From IMG/VR virus record IMGVR_UViG_3300010266_000005, positions 1 through 33,838 of that record: 33,838 nucleotides of DNA; one strand, 5' to 3'. The position numbers and the translations under genes are program-made. Below, piece after piece: positions 29,285-33,838 of the stretch. The notes below the pieces were generated by a model, which had not been told where the DNA came from, searched no databases, and worked only from the letters and a program-made list of their open reading frames with translations. This stretch comes from a virus. Position 1 is the first letter of the stretch. Each line of letters starts with the position of its first letter.

Positions 29285-31344
29285 AACCGATTCTGTATGA
29301 CGCCGACCGCACAAGCTTCCCGGCGGGCGTTGACAATGGGCTGGGCGTCCTCGCAGACGCCATGTCCTGCAAGGTGACGCAGGAGCTGAACGGTCAGTAC
29401 GAGCTGGAGCTGCACTACCCGGTGGAAGGCATCCACTACGGAGAGATCGCGCTGCGCGCCATTCTCCGGGCTACCGTTGGCCCAGACGGCAAGATGCAGC
29501 CCTTTAGGGTATACCGCATCGTGCCGGGCATGAACGGCACAGCGGCCATCTACGCGCGGCACATCGCCTATGATCTCGGCGGCTATGTGGTGTCTCCATT
29601 CACGGCGGCAGATGCGCCCTCCGCTGTGGCGGCTATTAAAAGCCACGCGATGCCGACGAGCTTCCCCTTTGCGCTGACGACCGACAAGACCACCGTGGCC
29701 GCCATGGCCGTGACGGTTCCCTCCAGCGCGTGGGGTCTGCTGGGCGGCCAGCAGGGAAGTCTGCTGGATGTGTACGGCGGCGAGTACGAATTTGACGAGT
29801 GGGCAGTGCGGCTGCTGACGCGACGCGGAGCGGACCGCGGTGTGTCGGTGCGGTACGGGAAAAACCTCACCGATCTGACGCAGGACGCCAGCTGCGCCAA
29901 CTGCTACACGGGTGCGGTGCCGTATTGGCGGGGTAACGACATCACTGTCACGGCCGCGCCGGTGTATGCGGAGGGCGACTTTGGGTACACGCGGCTTATG
30001 CCGCTGGATCTGTCCTCCAGCTTCGAGCAGCAGCCAACGAAGGCGCAGCTACAGGCCGCAGCTTCCTCCTACATCAAGCGGAATCGCATCGGCGTCCCCG
30101 CGGTGAGCTGGGATGTAAAGCTGGCGCTGCTGGCGCAGTCCTCCGGATACGAGGATGTGGCGTTCCTGGAGCAGATCTATCTGGGCGATACCGTGGGCGT
30201 CTACTTCCACCGTCTGGGTGTGGACGCCAAGGCGCGGGTGAACAAGATCATCTGGGACTGCCTGCTGGAGCGCTACGACAGCGTAGCTCTTGGCAGTGTG
30301 AAGGCCAACATCGCGGCCACTATTGCCGGCCAACAGAAGGAGATCGACGCCAAGCCGTCCGCTTCTCTGGTCGAGAAGATTTCCTCCAGCCTGGCAGCTG
30401 CCCTCTTGGGGGCGAATGGCGGCGCCGTTCGTCTTCTGGACACGAACGGCGACGGAGAGCCGGACGAGCTCTATATCGCCGACGATCCGGATCCCACCAA
30501 GGCCAAGAAAGTCTGGCGATTTAACTATGAGGGCTGGGCCGCCAGCAGCACCGGCTACAATGGCCCCTACACGATGGGCGCTACCATTGCTGGGGGAATC
30601 CAGGCGTGGATGATCACCGCCGCGCATCTGATTGCCGGCACAATCTCCAGTGAACAGAAGAACTTCTTTATTAACCTCGACGGAGGTACCATCGACACCA
30701 GCGCTACCGGCGCGACCTATAAAAACTCCGAATACTCGCAGGCGGATGCGGATCGTTCCGCGCAAATCACGGTCGGTATGGTAGAGCCGACGTTATCTGA
30801 TTACGAGAAGTTGGATGTCAACGGCGACGGGCGCATAACCGTCAGTGATACCGTGCAAATCCAGCAGATCATCGGTGGAGCGCGGACAGTGAACTTCACT
30901 ACACGGTGGCGACTGCGCATCGATCCTGCCGACGGAAACAACCTCCTGAAGATCTATCGTGTCTACCACAACAACATCACTGGCGCGGACACTGAGAACA
31001 TCGTCTTGTCTGCTGGTTTTGCAAATGTGAAAGCAAACTCCGTTGAGGCTGTGAATTTGGTCGCGCAAGAAGCAATCGAGGCGGAAAGCGCGAGCTTTAG
31101 CACGCTGAAAGTCGAGGGGAGAAACTACCAGCCGTTTGAGAAGAAGCCCATCGGCTATGTCGTCTGCTGTACTGGCGGGAGCGATAATCAGGCGACCTGC
31201 TTCATCCCAGCAGGCACCTCCGGCACTTTCCAGTGCGCGTCAAACGACTGGTACTGCGCTTTCTCGTTTGATGGCAGCGGTGGGGCATCGAAAACAGGAG
31301 GAACGGGGACTGTCGATTCGGTGGAAACAGTTTACAACGGATAA
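29281..31344 (+). CDS. Tail-associated lysin-like protein (Tal; prophage-tail-endopeptidase N-terminal fold) with C-terminal extension domains.
   Basis: MKPILYDADRTSF...VTQELNGQYELELHYP is a typical Tal N-terminus. Follows Dit. Confidence 0.75.
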   Translation: MKPILYDADRTSFPAGVDNGLGVLADAMSCKVTQELNGQYELELHYPVEGIHYGEIALRAILRATVGPDGKMQPFRVYRIVPGMNGTAAIYARHIAYDLGGYVVSPFTAADAPSAVAAIKSHAMPTSFPFALTTDKTTVAAMAVTVPSSAWGLLGGQQGSLLDVYGGEYEFDEWAVRLLTRRGADRGVSVRYGKNLTDLTQDASCANCYTGAVPYWRGNDITVTAAPVYAEGDFGYTRLMPLDLSSSFEQQPTKAQLQAAASSYIKRNRIGVPAVSWDVKLALLAQSSGYEDVAFLEQIYLGDTVGVYFHRLGVDAKARVNKIIWDCLLERYDSVALGSVKANIAATIAGQQKEIDAKPSASLVEKISSSLAAALLGANGGAVRLLDTNGDGEPDELYIADDPDPTKAKKVWRFNYEGWAASSTGYNGPYTMGATIAGGIQAWMITAAHLIAGTISSEQKNFFINLDGGTIDTSATGATYKNSEYSQADADRSAQITVGMVEPTLSDYEKLDVNGDGRITVSDTVQIQQIIGGARTVNFTTRWRLRIDPADGNNLLKIYRVYHNNITGADTENIVLSAGFANVKANSVEAVNLVAQEAIEAESASFSTLKVEGRNYQPFEKKPIGYVVCCTGGSDNQATCFIPAGTSGTFQCASNDWYCAFSFDGSGGASKTGGTGTVDSVETVYNG

Positions 31345-31356
31345 GGAGGGATCTCT

Positions 31357-31938
31357 TTGAATGTTAAACAGGCTATTTCGCTAAATCTGTCCGCCGACAC
31401 CATTCCTGCTCGTCTGCACATGGTGCAGGGCGATAGCAATTCCCGGACGATCGTAGCCACGCTGTGGGACGGTGCGCAGCCGTACAGCGTGCCGGCCGGC
31501 GCATCTGTCATGATTCGATTTCGAAAGCCGGATGGCACTGGCGGACTGTATGATACTACGGAGGGCGGCGCCAAAGTTACCGCCTCCGGCAATACCGTGA
31601 CAGCTCCAGTGGCCACGCAGATGCTGGCCGTAGCTGGGACCGTGTGCGCACAGGTCGATATCTACGGCACGGAAACAGGAAAACGAGCCGAAAAGCTCGC
31701 TACATTCTGCTTCTTTGTAGACGTGTTGCCTAACGCCTACGCTGATGCTGAGATCATTAGTAGTGACTACTACAGCATTGTGGCAGAACAGATCTCGTCC
31801 GCCGTGAGCAGCGCCGCAAGCGCAAGGGAGAGCGCATCGTTGGCTCAGCGGTATGCAGAAATGGCCAGCAGCGCATCTGTATCGGCATCAGTAAGCGGGA
31901 CGAAGCTCGTCATTTCCACTGCCGGGCAGGTAGGATAA
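31357..31938 (+). CDS. BppU-like baseplate upper protein.
   Basis: ..ARLHMVQGDSNSRTIVATLWDG.QPYSVPAGASVMIRFRKPDGT.. is a BppU_N-like pattern. GGAGGG RBS then TTG start. Confidence 0.6.
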   Translation: MNVKQAISLNLSADTIPARLHMVQGDSNSRTIVATLWDGAQPYSVPAGASVMIRFRKPDGTGGLYDTTEGGAKVTASGNTVTAPVATQMLAVAGTVCAQVDIYGTETGKRAEKLATFCFFVDVLPNAYADAEIISSDYYSIVAEQISSAVSSAASARESASLAQRYAEMASSASVSASVSGTKLVISTAGQVG

Positions 31939-31962
31939 CGCATTGATGGGAGGTGTGCAAGC

Positions 31963-32277
31963 ATGGATTCTATTCGCGTTGATGTCGGGGTCTACACGCT
32001 GCTGGAAGTCGATCTTTCCGAGTTCGATTTCACCGGCATAAAAAAAGTGATTATGACAGTTAAAAACAATCGCTGCAGGGACATTCTCTTCGAGCGCGAA
32101 TTTTCAACGGCAGAAATCCACGCCGTGACGATCACGCCCGAGGAGAGCTGGCTCCTGCGCGATGCCGCCGAATACGACTTCGACGTTTTGGCCGACGACG
32201 GAAAGCGGTACAAGAACGGTGACAACGGGAAGATCGTCCTGCGGAGGGGGTGCGGAGTATGCAGCGCATCGCAGTAA
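31963..32277 (+). CDS. Hypothetical tail/baseplate protein (104 aa).
   Basis: GGGAGGTG RBS. Coding-like composition. Confidence 0.55.
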   Translation: MDSIRVDVGVYTLLEVDLSEFDFTGIKKVIMTVKNNRCRDILFEREFSTAEIHAVTITPEESWLLRDAAEYDFDVLADDGKRYKNGDNGKIVLRRGCGVCSASQ

Positions 32278-32522
32278 AAAACGTCCCAGAGCAGGCTATC
32301 GGCGCATCAAACGCCCCGACGCAGGTCATCGGGGTGAGAAATGATTACAAGGTCATTATCGGCGCTGAACCATATAACGGACCGTACGAAGTCACCCCCT
32401 CAGCCGAAACACAGGTCCTTCAGACGGCCGATCGGCGCGCAACAGAGAACATCGTTGTAAATCCGATCCCAAAGAACTACGGGCTTATCACGTATAACGG
32501 GTACGAAATTACGGTATCTTGA
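32259..32522 (+). CDS. Hypothetical tail fibre-associated protein (87 aa).
   Basis: ..IVVNPIPKNYGLITYNGYEITVS motif. Start is ambiguous (GTG 32250 or ATG 32259). Confidence 0.5.
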   Translation: MQRIAVKNVPEQAIGASNAPTQVIGVRNDYKVIIGAEPYNGPYEVTPSAETQVLQTADRRATENIVVNPIPKNYGLITYNGYEITVS

Positions 32523-32536
32523 TGGAGGAATTAAAT

Positions 32537-33199
32537 ATGTCAAAAAATGTAGTCATCAACGGCGTAACCTATTCCGGCGTCCCCTATGTCAATATCCCAC
32601 TGGCCGACGGAAGCGGCTATGCGAAGTTCGTCGACACCGATTCCGGCGATGCGGCGGCTTCTGACCTCCGGAGCGGTAGAAAAGCGTGGGTGGACGGCAG
32701 CGAGGTGGTCGGGAATGTCCCAACTCGTTCTGCACCTGACGTTTCTGTGAACGGAAAGAGCGTGACACTGCCTGCCGGCATGTACGATGAATCCGTCACG
32801 AAGAACGTGGCGGACGGCAGCGTAACTCCCAGCGCAGCCGTGACGGGAGATGAAATCGGAGAGGCGGTTTCCGAGTATCCTGTCGAAGTAACGCCGTCTG
32901 CGTCGGTTTCCGCTGGTTATGTCAGTGGCGACAAGTCCGGGGCGAAGGTAACGATGTATATCCAGGTCGAGGAGAAGGTTGCAACGCCGGCCGACTCCGC
33001 GCAGGATATCACGCCAACTGCAGGGAAACTGCTGAAAAAGGTTCACGTGAATGCCGTTGGCCTGTCTGGTAACGCCTCCCCTTCTGATGTTCTCAACGGA
33101 AAAACCTTCTACGGCTCCAGTCTGGAAAAGATGACTGGAACGGCAACTGTCCCCATTGTGGGGCAGGATAGTACGACTAAGGTGCTGACGATTTCCTGA
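32537..33199 (+). CDS. Tail fibre / receptor-binding protein candidate 1.
   Basis: GGAGG RBS before ATG 32537. The N-terminus is paralogous to that of ORF 33212. Confidence 0.6.
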   Translation: MSKNVVINGVTYSGVPYVNIPLADGSGYAKFVDTDSGDAAASDLRSGRKAWVDGSEVVGNVPTRSAPDVSVNGKSVTLPAGMYDESVTKNVADGSVTPSAAVTGDEIGEAVSEYPVEVTPSASVSAGYVSGDKSGAKVTMYIQVEEKVATPADSAQDITPTAGKLLKKVHVNAVGLSGNASPSDVLNGKTFYGSSLEKMTGTATVPIVGQDSTTKVLTIS

Positions 33200-33211
33200 A
33201 AGGAGGCTGCC

Positions 33212-33637
33212 ATGGCGCAGGATGTTAAAATTGCCGGCGCAACTTATATGGGCGTGCCGAGCATTGAAGTCCCGAATGTGGGCGGCGGAAATGCCGTGTT
33301 TGTCGACACGTCTGATGCGGATGCGACCGCAGACGATATCCTTCAGGGCAAAACGGCGTATGTCAACGGACAAAAGGTCTTCGGGACAGGTAGCGACGGC
33401 AGCAACAAGTATCTGCCATTAACGGGCGGCACACTGACCGGCAATCTCTATGGCAAATACTTTTCTGGAACTTTGCTGCAGACAACGGAAGCGAGTAACT
33501 TGGGGAAGACTCCTCCGTATATCGCGGTTTTAGATGGAAACGGGTGGATCTATAAACGAACACCTGCTGAGATCCTGCAGGATATCGGTGCCTCCGCAAT
33601 TACCGTGGAGGGGCACACTTTGAAGATCGGAGGATAG
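33212..33637 (+). CDS. Tail fibre / receptor-binding protein candidate 2.
   Basis: AAGGAGG RBS. N-terminus VKIAGATYMGVPSIEVPNVGGGNAVFVDTSDADATADDILQGKTAYVNGQKVFG parallels ORF 32537. Confidence 0.6.
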   Translation: MAQDVKIAGATYMGVPSIEVPNVGGGNAVFVDTSDADATADDILQGKTAYVNGQKVFGTGSDGSNKYLPLTGGTLTGNLYGKYFSGTLLQTTEASNLGKTPPYIAVLDGNGWIYKRTPAEILQDIGASAITVEGHTLKIGG

Positions 33638-33640
33638 CAT

Positions 33641-33838
33641 ATGGCTACAAACTATGTTGACAGCCTCAATGTTGGAAATGTTGACTACGCGCTAAAAGAT
33701 TCGGGGGCCGCGAGAACCGGCCACGACCACATGGGGAAGACGATCAATCCCGCCGGGATCGAGCTTTTCCCCGGCGCGACTGCCGGACATGGCGGCTACA
33801 TCGACTTCCACTACAATAACAACGCCGACGACTATACC
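33641..33838 (+). CDS. Tail fibre protein, 5' part (continues at 124..429 after the duplicated junction).
   Basis: ATG 33641 follows a GGAGG RBS. The ORF runs off the window end and is in frame with 1..429. Confidence 0.7.
   Translation, partial: MATNYVDSLNVGNVDYALKDSGAARTGHDHMGKTINPAGIELFPGATAGHGGYIDFHYNNNADDYT
33716..33838. repeat. Second copy of the 123-bp terminal repeat.
   Basis: Identical to 1-123. Confidence 0.95.

Noticed and set aside
1-33838. Searched by eye for a reverse transcriptase (DGR or retron), cas genes, transposases or IS ends, and further copies of GTGGATTGAAA or its complement.
   Set aside because: None found. No RT motifs (YxDD) occur in any credible ORF, no cas-like proteins are present, and the I-C-like repeat tail occurs only once (3833-3844).

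Overview
The window is a complete, circularly closed genome of a temperate siphovirus-type tailed phage. Bases 1-123 are identical to 33716-33838, so the unit length is 33,715 bp and the last tail-fibre gene (33641..) continues into 1..429. The DNA is GC-rich by eye, almost every gene has a strong GGAGG-type RBS, and the gene content suggests a GC-rich Firmicutes (Clostridia/Oscillospiraceae-like) host. That host assignment is inference only. All family calls come from motifs read in the translated ORF track; no database search was run.

Gene order:
- Tail-fibre end, XkdX-like protein and lysis cassette with holin and CHAP/PG-binding endolysin (1-2430).
- An accessory (moron) cassette with its own promoters, operators and terminators (2498-4338).
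- attP, a tRNA 3' fragment, next to a tyrosine integrase (4384-5621).
- Lysogeny operon on the minus strand with a DEDDh exonuclease-BRCT fusion and an XRE repressor (5934-7192).
- Switch region with repeated operators (7259-7720).
- Early and replication genes: XRE/HTH proteins, an initiator with an internal iteron origin, a DnaB-like helicase, ParA, a large multidomain ParB-like protein, small Cys-rich proteins, an HUH Rep-like protein, a Cys-rich KTR protein and an HNH endonuclease.
- A ParB-domain/DNA-methyltransferase fusion, then the packaging, head and tail modules: TerS, TerL, portal, ClpP-like protease, HK97-type capsid protein, connectors, major tail protein, G/GT chaperone with a -1 frameshift, tape measure, Dit, Tal, BppU and several fibre proteins.

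The most unusual element is at 3750-3908. A near-consensus promoter drives a short non-coding transcript that carries a solitary type I-C CRISPR repeat-like unit ending in GTGGATTGAAAT. This is followed by about 34 nt and a terminator hairpin, and no cas genes are present. It sits inside an anti-CRISPR-like cassette that ends with an HTH (aca-like) gene. It is a candidate RNA anti-CRISPR or a one-spacer mini-array.

Other notable points:
- A 19-23 bp palindrome family centred on GANTC, present in five copies.
- ParA/ParB genes in a phage that also encodes an integrase.
- A 15-bp in-frame tandem repeat (EKAAA) in the methylase fusion.
- Two homopolymer-linked frame breaks.
- A low-GC receptor-binding tip on the wrapped tail fibre.
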